A model generated the notes under the pieces. That model was given only the letters and a program-made list of their open reading frames with translations. It did no database searches and had not been told where the DNA came from. Both the position numbers and the translations under genes were made by a program. Shown here piece by piece: positions 9,688 to 18,734 of a stretch of DNA of 64,000 nt. This stretch comes from Patescibacteria group bacterium (GTDB taxonomy: Bacteria; Patescibacteriota; Minisyncoccia; Phycocordibacterales; PALSA-1337): positions 26,092 through 90,091 of the forward strand of contig JBBTRA010000004.1 of assembly GCA_038065415.1 (NCBI GenBank), in the 5' to 3' direction. Numbering within the stretch: the first letter of the stretch is position 1; every line of letters starts with the position of its first letter.

Positions 9688-10800
9688 ATGAAAAAAGAAG
9701 TCATGGCTCCAGAACTGCTGGCAAAATCGCTTGCAGTTCCTGACCTTTCGGACCCAAAGAACGGGATCAACGCGATAAATCTAGTCGTTGAGCGCATCAT
9801 AAAATCCCTGAGTAATTCCTTCGGGCCTCTGCCGATCGATGTGTACCGGGCATCGCCGGAAGTTTCAGTCGAAGAAAATTACGATCTTCTTCTCTTCCCT
9901 GCTGACAATGCAGGAAGATCATCCCGCTACACCCGTTATGTCAACGATACGACGGTGCTTCGCACGCATACATCAGCTGCTATTCCCGCCTGGCTCAAAA
10001 GGTCAGGAAAGAATCATGATGATCAAATCGTCGTCGCACCTGGCATCTGTTATCGCAGGGACGTAGTTGATCAGACCCACTGTGGCGAACCTCATCAAAT
10101 GGATGTGTGGCGCATCAGGAAAGGCCTTCCGCGGCTAGAAAGACCTGAGTTAATCGCCCTGATCGAAGTACTGATCAACGGCGTGATTCCTGGGTATCGA
10201 TACCGTGCGAACGAAGTGGTTCACCCATATACCATCAACGGCCTGGAGGTAGAGATCTTGGTCGGTGATACGTGGATGGAAATCCTCGAATGTGGCGAAG
10301 CACACCCGACAATCCTCAAAAATGCAGGCCTCGATCCTGCGGAATACTCTGGATTGGCCATGGGTATGGGTCTTGATCGGCTCGCAATGATCATCAAGGG
10401 AATTGATGACATCCGCGTCTTCCGTTCAACTGACCCTCGCATCACCAAGCAGATGACCACCTTGCACAAGTACGTTTCTGTTTCAAATCAACCGGCAACA
10501 AAGCGTGTCCTCTCATACTCGGCATCCGTCGACAAAAATGAAGAGGATATCTGCGAAGCCATTCGGGATGTACTTGGAGCCAATGTGATCCATCTTGAAG
10601 AGGTAAAAGTGGAGGAGTTCCCCTACGAAAGCCTCGAACCCATCGCCCGTGAACGGCTCGGGATCCATCCAAGCCAAAAGAACGTGGTAGCCACGCTTAT
10701 CTTCCGCTCAATCGAGGGCTCGCTGCCCAAAAAGACAGTAAATGAGTGGATGCAGAACATTTACCCACGCCTGAATGAAGGCTCGAAGGGTTACATGTAA
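9688..10800 (+). CDS. monomeric (mitochondrial-type) phenylalanyl-tRNA synthetase-like protein: PheS-like class II core + C-terminal FDX-ACB domain
   Basis: PheS motif 1 'LRTHTS', motif 2 'ICYRRD..DQTH...PHQ' and motif 3 'WMEILECGEAHPTILKNAGLDPAEYSGLAMGMGLDRLAM' are all present. The C-terminal ~100 aa has an FDX-ACB-like pattern. The start was chosen at MKKEV by alignment with its paralog. Confidence 0.7.
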   Translation: MKKEVMAPELLAKSLAVPDLSDPKNGINAINLVVERIIKSLSNSFGPLPIDVYRASPEVSVEENYDLLLFPADNAGRSSRYTRYVNDTTVLRTHTSAAIPAWLKRSGKNHDDQIVVAPGICYRRDVVDQTHCGEPHQMDVWRIRKGLPRLERPELIALIEVLINGVIPGYRYRANEVVHPYTINGLEVEILVGDTWMEILECGEAHPTILKNAGLDPAEYSGLAMGMGLDRLAMIIKGIDDIRVFRSTDPRITKQMTTLHKYVSVSNQPATKRVLSYSASVDKNEEDICEAIRDVLGANVIHLEEVKVEEFPYESLEPIARERLGIHPSQKNVVATLIFRSIEGSLPKKTVNEWMQNIYPRLNEGSKGYM

Positions 10801-10808
10801 CCAACCCC

Positions 10809-10839
10809 GCGGTACCAATCTTTGGTACCGCTTTTATTT
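10809..10839 (+). terminator. intrinsic terminator
   Basis: Stem gcggtaccaa-tct-ttggtaccgc followed by TTTTATTT. Confidence 0.65.
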
Positions 10840-10856
10840 ACACCGTGAAAACTTCG

Positions 10857-10885
10857 TTGACCAGTTTTTTTCTTTGTGTTAATAC
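10857..10885 (+). promoter_or_regulatory. sigma-70-type promoter (TTGACC-17-TAATAC) for PheRS-like copy 2
   Basis: It has the same architecture as the copy-1 promoter and shares a block of about 25 nt with it. Confidence 0.45.
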
Positions 10886-10938
10886 GTACTCAGCAATAGA
10901 GTCCAAGTTCCTTAACATACTCTCAACCAAGGACCTGC

Positions 10939-12066
10939 ATGAAAAATACCATGTCTCCAGAGGAGGTTGCTGAATCTTTGGCGATTCTCGACCTTTCAGA
11001 TCCAAAAAATGGGATCCATGCGGTGAACCTCGTACTTGATAAAATCTTCACACATTTTTCAGGTACTACCGCATATCCCGCTCCACAAATCCATCGCGGT
11101 ACGCCACTCACAACGGTGAAGGAAAATTTTGGTAATTTGCTTTTTCCTGAACACAGCAAAACACGATCATCGACCTACACACGGTATGCTTCGGCGGATA
11201 CTGTTCTGCGCACGCAGAGTTCCTCTCTCGTACCCCCTGTACTCGTTAGCCTTCACAAAGCAGGGCTCTCGGATGGACTGATACTCTGTCCGAGTATCTG
11301 CTATCGACGACTGAAGGCTGCAGGACGTTTGCACGCGAGCGAGCCGCACCAGTTGGACATCTGGTATATCAAAAAAGGACCACCCTTCTTGGGATCGAAG
11401 TCTTTGTTTGATTTTACAGATGCTATCGTTGCCGCCATTCTCCCCACACATGCGTACACCCTCAAAAAAGTGGAGAAGGACATTAGCGTCTCCCATCCCT
11501 ATTTGCATGAAGCCTATAAGGGCAGAGTGTTTTATGGGGGTAAAGACGTAAGCTTTATGGAAGCAGGCGTGGTTCACACACGCTTTCTCGAAAGCCTGTG
11601 TATTGATGGTTCAGCATATTCTGCAGTCTCTGCAGGAATCATGCTCGATCGCGTCGCGATGCTCATCAAAAATATGGACGACATACGGCTGCTTCGATCC
11701 CCTGATGTACGCATTCGAGAGCAGATGAAAACGCTGGATCGCTTCGTGCCCGTGTCGAAATTTCCACCGATACTGCGCGACTTCTCCTTTGTGAGGGCCG
11801 ACAAGACTACTGAGGAGGAGATTTATTCGATGATTCAGAGAGCACTGGGTGACGCGGCGTACCTGCTCGAAGAGGCATCGATACTTGCCCAAGTTCCGTA
11901 TCAGGACCTACCCGAAAGCGCCCGCATTCGCCTCGGCATCAAACCGTTCCAGAAAAATATTCTCGTACGAATCACCTTGCGATCTCATGAGAGGACTCTT
12001 CTCAAAAAAGAGGCGAACGAAATCGCCGAAAGAGTTCAGTACGCACTTGCACAACCGGTAGCCTAA
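10939..12066 (+). CDS. divergent paralog of the monomeric PheRS-like protein (degenerate catalytic motifs) + FDX-ACB domain
   Basis: Collinear with copy 1 ('DLSDPKNGIHAVNLV', 'TVLRTQSSS', 'ICYRRL....SEPHQLDIW'). Motif 1 His becomes Gln, motif 3 loses 'CGxxHP' and the Gly triplet, and the FDX-ACB hallmark 'FPPILRDFSFV' is retained. Confidence 0.6.
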   Translation: MKNTMSPEEVAESLAILDLSDPKNGIHAVNLVLDKIFTHFSGTTAYPAPQIHRGTPLTTVKENFGNLLFPEHSKTRSSTYTRYASADTVLRTQSSSLVPPVLVSLHKAGLSDGLILCPSICYRRLKAAGRLHASEPHQLDIWYIKKGPPFLGSKSLFDFTDAIVAAILPTHAYTLKKVEKDISVSHPYLHEAYKGRVFYGGKDVSFMEAGVVHTRFLESLCIDGSAYSAVSAGIMLDRVAMLIKNMDDIRLLRSPDVRIREQMKTLDRFVPVSKFPPILRDFSFVRADKTTEEEIYSMIQRALGDAAYLLEEASILAQVPYQDLPESARIRLGIKPFQKNILVRITLRSHERTLLKKEANEIAERVQYALAQPVA

Positions 12067-12096
12067 CCATTACTTTCACGAGTAATGGTTTTTATT
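12067..12096 (+). terminator. intrinsic terminator
   Basis: Stem ccattact-ttcacg-agtaatgg followed by TTTTT. Confidence 0.5.
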
Positions 12097-12352
12097 ATTT
12101 ATCCGTTCGATGAACACACCCCGCCCAGCAACACGGACGACGCTTCCCTCCAATGAGCTCCTCAACAACCCTCTCGATGTGCTGCTTCCTTGTTTCAAGC
12201 CTCTTAACTGAGATTGTCCAGCAGATCCATTCATTGCGTGCGAGCGGCGTGATATCTTCCCAGGCCGCAAGAGCCCGCGAAGATGCAAGTGCTGTGCGCA
12301 GATCATCAGGCAATTTGTGTGCCGTGCCGCCAGAAATAATTTTTTTGGACAT
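12095..12352 (-). CDS. YdeI/OmpD-associated family protein
   Basis: 'LPDDLRTALA....AWEDITPLARNEWICWTISVKRLETRKQHIERVVEELIGGKR' matches the family pattern. Confidence 0.55.
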   Translation of the reverse strand: MSKKIISGGTAHKLPDDLRTALASSRALAAWEDITPLARNEWICWTISVKRLETRKQHIERVVEELIGGKRRPCCWAGCVHRTDK

Positions 12353-12415
12353 AATACTAGCTAGTATACAACTTATGCTATCATTAATACTATAATCGCA
12401 TAACCTTTAAACCAC

Positions 12416-12802
12416 ATGAAAAAAGGAAAATACGTAGACGGATTCCTGTTTGTTGTTCCAAAAAACAAAGTTGCGATGTACAAAAAGATGGCTACACTGG
12501 GTAAGAAGGTGTGGATGAAACACGGCGCTCTCGATTATAAGGAATGTATGGGTCAAGATATCGAACCAAAGGGTATGTCTGGCATGAAGCCTCGCTTCTT
12601 CGCTGATGCAGCCAAGGCAAAGCCGGGTGAGACCGTCTGGTTTTCATTCATCGTCTTCAAATCTCTCAAACACCGTGACCAGGTGAACGCAAAAGTGATG
12701 AAAGATCCACTCATGAATGATCCATCGTGGGGCAACGAAGACATGCCATTCGAGATGAAGCGATTCTGTTATGGAGGATTCGCTGTAGAGGTTGGGGCCT
12801 AA
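12416..12802 (+). CDS. DUF1428 (YbaA-like) family protein
   Basis: 'YVDGFLFVVPKNK' ... 'MPFEMKRFCYGGF' parallels E. coli YbaA. Confidence 0.65.
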   Translation: MKKGKYVDGFLFVVPKNKVAMYKKMATLGKKVWMKHGALDYKECMGQDIEPKGMSGMKPRFFADAAKAKPGETVWFSFIVFKSLKHRDQVNAKVMKDPLMNDPSWGNEDMPFEMKRFCYGGFAVEVGA

Positions 12803-12833
12803 TAGTAATCTGATCATATACTAATCAATTTCT

Positions 12834-13235
12834 ATGAAAATCATACACATCATCTTCAAAGTCATCCTCTGTCTCATACTCCTGTCCCCCGTTCTCGGCG
12901 TTTTGGGTGTTTTCCCGCCACCAACCCCAGATCTCTACAATACTCCGGAAGCATTCGCGTTCATTGAGACACTCATGGCTAGTGGATTCATCATCTACCT
13001 CCAAACTCTTGTATTCGTAGCAGCAGCCATTCTCATCTTCACGAAGCGTACTGCACTCGCAATGCTTCTCATTCTACCGATCACACTTAACATCGTTGGT
13101 TTCCACCTGTTCTTGGATGGTGGTCTTTTCACCGCAGGTGCAATCATGGGCAACGTCCTCTTCTTACTCAATGTGTACTTCCTCTGGAAGAATCGCCAGC
13201 AATACAAGAGCCTGTGGGAAAAGAGCGTTGCATAG
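12834..13235 (+). CDS. hypothetical membrane protein (4 TM)
   Basis: Hydropathy only. Confidence 0.4.
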   Translation: MKIIHIIFKVILCLILLSPVLGVLGVFPPPTPDLYNTPEAFAFIETLMASGFIIYLQTLVFVAAAILIFTKRTALAMLLILPITLNIVGFHLFLDGGLFTAGAIMGNVLFLLNVYFLWKNRQQYKSLWEKSVA

Positions 13236-13338
13236 TTTAAAAATACTTGACATTTGCACATATTAGTGCTACTCTACTTTCCAGTACACGTTAGAGGGTA
13301 TGGTACCCTCCCTTCAAAACAACTAGGAACAGCACACT

Positions 13339-13977
13339 ATGAAAATGCCCGAAGACTTCGCAACAGCACTCAAAGAGGAATCGTATGCGACCTGTCATCT
13401 GTGGAACCGCCACGGTACCCAAGCCTCCAGTATTGTCATCCGAAAGGAGATCTGGATCCGACTCGAGAAGAAGCCTGGTGAAGATTGGAAATATCCTGTC
13501 TTCTTCGTTTACAACTACTTCGAGTACGGAATGACCGTGCCGAATTGCGGTTGTCGAGTCAACGAGAAGCCTTTCCACACACTCGCAGAAGCCCTTAAAG
13601 TCGCACAATTCCATGAATGGAAAGTTCGCCGCCTTACACGCTGGGGATGCGCGAAGTGGGTTGAGGCCGAGTTGGTCAAACGACCACGCGTTCGGAAGCC
13701 CAAAGATGGTATCTGGGCATTCTCCGATTTGCATCGAGTTCGGAAGATCAAACCGAACCAACTCACAAAGACCTTGCAGCACTACGCCTCATCTGGGGCG
13801 GCCATTCTGGCTGATGTGGTACTCGAAATCACTCGCCGAACCCGATTGACGCTCCGGCGCAAGCATCTCGTGATTGAAGCAGCCAAACTCGGTGCGCGCA
13901 ATCAGTCGAACAGCAATGAGCGTGAGCAGTATCTGAAGGTGGCTCGTTCAGTTACACTCTATCCTGTGTATCGGTAA
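13339..13977 (+). CDS. hypothetical protein
   Basis: ORF with an upstream TTGACA promoter and a downstream hairpin plus T-run. No family is recognised. Confidence 0.4.
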   Translation: MKMPEDFATALKEESYATCHLWNRHGTQASSIVIRKEIWIRLEKKPGEDWKYPVFFVYNYFEYGMTVPNCGCRVNEKPFHTLAEALKVAQFHEWKVRRLTRWGCAKWVEAELVKRPRVRKPKDGIWAFSDLHRVRKIKPNQLTKTLQHYASSGAAILADVVLEITRRTRLTLRRKHLVIEAAKLGARNQSNSNEREQYLKVARSVTLYPVYR

Positions 13978-14057
13978 CCCGCAAAGCACACAAACCTGCC
14001 TTGGCGGGTTTTTTATTATCTGTATACTTGTAATTAATTATCACTTCACACGTCATA

Positions 14058-14444
14058 TTGACCACTATGAAAAAATCATTACTTATAGGAATCGTTTTAT
14101 TATTGATTGCAGTCGGAATTGTAGCGGGCGTCTATTTTGACCTTGGTAGCACACGTGAAGAGTCAAGCGGATCGACCGTGACCCGTTCAGGCGTCGTTGT
14201 AGAAGTGAACAAAGAAGAAACACTGTTCGACGGACCATATCGTCTCACTATCGAGAGCTCGGATGGAAAGCGCTCAATGATTGCAGTCCCTTCAATGGGT
14301 CTGCCTCTCTGCGCGGCCTATAAGAACGGTACAATCAAAGACCCCTACTCCATAGAAGTAGGGGCTTCGATCCAAGTATCAGGAACACTTTCTGAAGACG
14401 GTTCCATCATTCCTTGTGACTCTGTCGACCACTATCTGAGATAA
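14058..14444 (+). CDS. hypothetical secreted/membrane-anchored protein
   Basis: N-terminal TM/signal sequence. Confidence 0.35.
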   Translation: MTTMKKSLLIGIVLLLIAVGIVAGVYFDLGSTREESSGSTVTRSGVVVEVNKEETLFDGPYRLTIESSDGKRSMIAVPSMGLPLCAAYKNGTIKDPYSIEVGASIQVSGTLSEDGSIIPCDSVDHYLR

Positions 14445-14472
14445 TTGAGTGTAGCTACTGCGAGTATCTCTA

Positions 14473-15000
14473 CTACTGCACGATCGTGAATGAACCGTTG
14501 CTCATATCACATTTGAGCGTCTCCGTGTTACACACATTCATCTTATACGTACCAGTCGGAACCTCAGAAGCCGTCCACATATGCGAAGCGACCCCGTCAA
14601 TACCCGAAGCTCTCACTGAGACTTCCGCTATAATCTTGCCTACTCCACCTGTTTCCACGTTGGCCGCATAAATGCGCACATTGCTCAGGTCACGACTATC
14701 AACCCACGTAATCTTGTACTGCTTTCCTGCTTCGAACACTTCTCCACCATTTGGTGAGATCAACCTGATATGATCATTGGCTGTCGATACTGGCTTCACA
14801 ACAGGGGCAGGCGATGCCGCAGGCTTAGCTGTTCCTGTCTGTGATGGTACCGGAGTCTTTGTGGTGGATGTAGTAGATGTGGTAGACGAAACACCTGATG
14901 TCTCAGGGCTGACAGACGCACCCTTCTTTCCCATAACATATGAACCTATTGCAACGATGATAATAAGAGCGATAAAAAGACCTTTTTGATTGTTTTTCAT
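14473..15000 (-). CDS. hypothetical secreted protein with Ser/Thr-rich linker
   Basis: The start is at the MKNNQKG... ATG (15000). A TM anchor is followed by a 'TSTTSTTKTPVPSQTGTAKPAASPAP' linker and a beta-rich C-terminal domain. Confidence 0.35.
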   Translation of the reverse strand: MKNNQKGLFIALIIIVAIGSYVMGKKGASVSPETSGVSSTTSTTSTTKTPVPSQTGTAKPAASPAPVVKPVSTANDHIRLISPNGGEVFEAGKQYKITWVDSRDLSNVRIYAANVETGGVGKIIAEVSVRASGIDGVASHMWTASEVPTGTYKMNVCNTETLKCDMSNGSFTIVQ

Positions 15001-15137
15001 GTCAAAACTGTACCACAGAGCGGTTTTGGATGGTAGGTGTCCAGACACGTTGACTATCATTGACTTTATTGGATAAATATGATATTTTATTACACAGCCA
15101 TTTTACATCACAATCACACACCCGAAAGATACCTCGC

Positions 15138-15557
15138 ATGAGACTAGAACTGACAAGTGAAGACCTCGAACCCAAGTACAAAAATTGCAATGCGTCACAG
15201 ACGACTTTTGCCAAGTTCACCGAAGCCGTCCAAAATGCAATTCATGCAGTTGGACAAGCCACCTACTTTGGATTCAACCGCGACACCCACAAGGTCATCT
15301 ACCCTCCTCGTGACAAGAAGTACGAACGGTTCCACGTGGAAGATACCGTCTATTGGAATGAGTCATACTATCCGAGTGCGTTGGCTTCAATGAAGCAGGC
15401 GCATGGCGACGGCCCATTCACGGTAGTAACAGTCCGGCTCCATCCCGTCGATATAATCGGCAGTACCGGACATCCTGAGTCAGTGACCATTCAAAACAAA
15501 GAAGGTCACCGAGACAACCTATCGGGTGCGTGGTTCACGAAGAAGAAACCATCCTGA
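15138..15557 (+). CDS. hypothetical protein
   Basis: ORF followed by the terminator gccgccgaa..ttcggcgg+T-run at about 15602..15635. Confidence 0.3.
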   Translation: MRLELTSEDLEPKYKNCNASQTTFAKFTEAVQNAIHAVGQATYFGFNRDTHKVIYPPRDKKYERFHVEDTVYWNESYYPSALASMKQAHGDGPFTVVTVRLHPVDIIGSTGHPESVTIQNKEGHRDNLSGAWFTKKKPS

Positions 15558-15694
15558 GCATGTCCACCCTGCTCTTCTGTGAAGTTCAACTGACACAGCA
15601 CGCGCCGCCGAATAAACTTGTTCGGCGGTTTTTATGTATACTATATACTCAGTCTTGTATCGGCCAGCCATTACTATCCTTAACCATAAAAAAC

Positions 15695-16105
15695 ATGTCT
15701 ACATTAAGTCCATTTATCAGATTCAATGACGGTAGGTGTCGTGAGGCGATGAACTTTTACAAGGATTGTCTTGGTGGCGAGCTCTTCTTCAGGCCCGTCA
15801 AAGGAAGTCCTATGGAAAAAGACATGCCCGCAGACAAACATGATCTCATCATGCATTCAACACTCACAAAAGACAACTGGATACTGATCGGTTCTGACAT
15901 GATGCGCGATACCGCAGTCAAAGGCGATAGCGTCGGAGTATCCTTGTCATATGAAAATGAAAAGGATGCACGAGATGCATTCGCAAAACTAGCAGAGGGA
16001 GGAGAGATCTTCATGCCAATCGAGGTGATGTTCTGGGGTGACCTCTTCGGATTGGTGACAGACAAATATGGCGTAGAGTGGATGCTCAATTGCCCTATGA
16101 AATAA
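15695..16105 (+). CDS. VOC/glyoxalase-fold protein, PhnB-like (paralog of 4634..5062)
   Basis: 'FYKDCLGGELF...MHSTL....ILIGSD......YGVEWML' is collinear with the first copy. Confidence 0.65.
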   Translation: MSTLSPFIRFNDGRCREAMNFYKDCLGGELFFRPVKGSPMEKDMPADKHDLIMHSTLTKDNWILIGSDMMRDTAVKGDSVGVSLSYENEKDARDAFAKLAEGGEIFMPIEVMFWGDLFGLVTDKYGVEWMLNCPMK

Positions 16106-16150
16106 AAATACCGATGGATTACCCATCGGCATGTGTACAAACAGAACCCC

Positions 16151-17575
16151 TCAACCCCGGAGATACGCGAGCGCCTGAGCAGCATCATATGAGCTTGTCT
16201 TCTCGGTCATGAGAGATGGAATGAATCCCAAATCATCTCCCAGTGTAACGATGGGTGCATCTTCGCTTTCTGCGAGAATGGTGGCATTGAGCAAACCGTT
16301 GCAGAGACAGCACCTGTTCACTGTATCTTCGAGTTTGCCGCCTTTGCGGACATACTCTCCCACTGGTTCAGCCGGACATCGATAGCCGATAGACCCATCG
16401 GGTTTCTCATACAGAGAAGCAAGTGCGCCCTGATCGCATGCACGCTCTCTACCTGCAAGGACCGCGGGATCAGACAACGTACCTTGGAGCGACGCCACCT
16501 TGAAAGGAAACCCCGTAGGTGACGCTTCCATATCAGTCTTCACATGCAAACTTCTTTCAAAGCCTTGTGCGCGGACCTCACGACGGATATCCGGACGAAG
16601 GCCACTCTCTTCACACAGTGCAAAGATCGTGCCCGCCTGGATACCTGTTGCACCAGTGGCACGTGCTTCCCTGAGTTTCTCAGGAGAGGCATATGAACCA
16701 CCGATCCAGAACGGAAGACCGATATCAGCTATCTTGCGATAGTCTACCTTGTCTTTTTCTCCATATGTGAGACGTGTACCACCACTCGCATCAGGGACTT
16801 TGGTTCTCGGAGGAGCATTGTGCCCACCAGCTGCGGGTTCCTCGATAACAAAACCTGCTAGATCTCGGAGAGGCTCGTCGAGTCTCTTCATGAGAATTCC
16901 CGCAAGAAGATTCGAGGCGATGATGGGTATGAAACCAGGAACCTCGATCATTGGCAATGCACAACCGAAGAACCGAGCCGGGTCGAATGTCATGGTATGC
17001 GACTTGATACGCTCTCCTATGACGGGTATGTCGTACCGAGCTTCCCTTCCCTCTGCGATATCCCTCATCAATCCAGGTATGGCGAGCGGAATGCCCGCAC
17101 CCATCGTGACATAATCAACACCTGCCAACAGAGCACCTGTGAGCGCGTAGACATGTGGCATCGCAATCTTCTCGAGATAGTTGATGCTGATCGGATGATC
17201 ATGTCCTTCTTTGGCCAACCAGACAAATGCATAGTTGGCGCATAGTGTAAGGGCGATGAGAGATCGTGAGGGGTTGATGCTGAAGACCGGAGTGCCTTTG
17301 CGAGGCATACCGTTCCTCCAACCTCCTTCGATGAAGTATTCCTTGAGGACCAGTTCCGCAATCTCGGGGAATGGAAACTGAGCGAGTGCCCGGCGATAAT
17401 GCCCACCCTGATCACCAGCCTGCAAGATGCGGACAAGAACCCGTTCCGGCGCCGTACCTGAAACCGTACCGAGCGCTCCGAGGCGAGAGACTGTGTTGGC
17501 CAGGAATGGCGTTGAGATATAGACTCCCATGCCGCCCTGAATGACGGTAACATCGAGTGCTTGTTTCGTTTTCAT
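16151..17575 (-). CDS. nitronate monooxygenase / 2-nitropropane dioxygenase-like FMN oxidoreductase
   Basis: It has the NMO N-terminal signature 'VIQGGMGVYIS' with a TIM-barrel FMN-binding pattern. A long C-terminal extension carries Cys clusters. Confidence 0.65.
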   Translation of the reverse strand: MKTKQALDVTVIQGGMGVYISTPFLANTVSRLGALGTVSGTAPERVLVRILQAGDQGGHYRRALAQFPFPEIAELVLKEYFIEGGWRNGMPRKGTPVFSINPSRSLIALTLCANYAFVWLAKEGHDHPISINYLEKIAMPHVYALTGALLAGVDYVTMGAGIPLAIPGLMRDIAEGREARYDIPVIGERIKSHTMTFDPARFFGCALPMIEVPGFIPIIASNLLAGILMKRLDEPLRDLAGFVIEEPAAGGHNAPPRTKVPDASGGTRLTYGEKDKVDYRKIADIGLPFWIGGSYASPEKLREARATGATGIQAGTIFALCEESGLRPDIRREVRAQGFERSLHVKTDMEASPTGFPFKVASLQGTLSDPAVLAGRERACDQGALASLYEKPDGSIGYRCPAEPVGEYVRKGGKLEDTVNRCCLCNGLLNATILAESEDAPIVTLGDDLGFIPSLMTEKTSSYDAAQALAYLRG

Positions 17576-17756
17576 AGATTCCTATTCAGTTTTGGTTAAG
17601 TGCTTTTCTAGATGCATCATAGCAGAACCGGGACGCATATACAGCACACCTAATACCCTTATCCCTCCACGATTCCTTTCAAGATAGCAACGAAACCCCT
17701 GGACACTACTGTCCGGAGGCTCGCCGCTCTCTTGTGAAGAGAATAGAGGCTCGCGA

Positions 17757-18140
17757 TTAGCCGTTCTCTCGTGCGAATAGTGCCATCCATCCTCGTGCGG
17801 TGAATAGCTCGCTCAAGCGCGTCCTGGTCATAGGACCAAAGTAGCCCGTGGAAGGAACACCTATAGAAGCCTGATAGCGTGCCAATCCGGCCTGCGTCAA
17901 CGAACCAAAATATCCTGGAGCGACGCCGATGGGAATAACCAGATATCCTTGCTCCGCGAGTAATCCCTGCAAATCCGCAACATCTGACCCACTGGCACCT
18001 ACGGACAGGTCTCTTCCCCCAGAAAGTATCCCAATGACTGATGCGGATGCGGTATGGGCAGACACAAGAACCGCTGCAATGAGCAAAGCTACGAGAACCG
18101 AACCCCTCATACGTAGTGCGATTTTAGATATATACATCAT
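17757..18140 (-). CDS. secreted peptidoglycan-binding domain protein
   Basis: A signal peptide is followed by a PG_binding_1-like segment 'DLQGLLAEQGY...GYFGSLTQAGLARYQ'. Confidence 0.5.
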   Translation of the reverse strand: MMYISKIALRMRGSVLVALLIAAVLVSAHTASASVIGILSGGRDLSVGASGSDVADLQGLLAEQGYLVIPIGVAPGYFGSLTQAGLARYQASIGVPSTGYFGPMTRTRLSELFTARGWMALFARENG

Positions 18141-18305
18141 AAAACAGATTGATTACTGATAATGCCTCCGCAACAGCGGATTCGACAGGTTTCCGGCGGC
18201 AGAGACAGCTCAAGGGAGCCTCTATAAGGTTCGACGGATGGGACACGAGCTTCTTACTGCAATAGACTATGACATGTCGAGTTATACACAGTTCTTCTCA
18301 AAAAT

Positions 18306-18692
18306 ATGAAATTGATTTTAAGCTATAATCAAGACAAGATCATGCAACCCCCTAAGCCATATCGCGAAGCGCGACCATGGGGGGAGTTTATTGAGTTTAC
18401 GCGGAACACTCCCTCGACGGTCAAGATCCTTACCGTGAATGCACACGAAGCATTCAGTCTCCAGACGCACTCTAAAAGAGACGAATACTGGAGAGTTATA
18501 TCTGGTACCGGTACCATACAGGTAGCAAATCAAACCTATGCAGTGATTGCTGGTGAAAGCCATTTTATACCTCGAGGCACTCTTCACCGTGTGGAAGCTG
18601 GCGATACTACTGTCATCATCTTGGAAATATCATTTGGTGATTTTGATGAGAAAGACATAACGCGACACGATGACCGTTATGGCCGGCGTTGA
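18306..18692 (+). CDS. cupin, mannose-6-phosphate isomerase type II C-terminal-like
   Basis: 'PWGEF', 'EYWRVISGTGTIQV', 'HFIPRGTLHRVEAGD' and a C-terminal 'DEKDITRHDDRYGR' tail typical of PMI-II cupins. Confidence 0.55.
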   Translation: MKLILSYNQDKIMQPPKPYREARPWGEFIEFTRNTPSTVKILTVNAHEAFSLQTHSKRDEYWRVISGTGTIQVANQTYAVIAGESHFIPRGTLHRVEAGDTTVIILEISFGDFDEKDITRHDDRYGRR

Positions 18693-18734
18693 TTTTCGGA
18701 GTGACTACCTTATGATTTCGTACGCACTATGTAA

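Noticed and set aside
9625-12066. Alternative identities for the PheRS-like pair: pyrrolysyl-tRNA synthetase, SepRS or the PoxA/EpmA family
   Set aside because: Motif 3 (WxExLGCGxxHPxVLxxxGxDPxxYSGxAFGxGxERLAM) is specific to PheS, and the C-terminal FDX-ACB 'FP..RD.SF' hallmark is specific to PheRS. Neither PylS, SepRS nor EpmA carries both.
16500-17553. Several 80-160 aa ORFs antisense or alternative-frame within the NMO-like gene
   Set aside because: Shadow ORFs inside a gene with a clear FMN-oxidoreductase signature.
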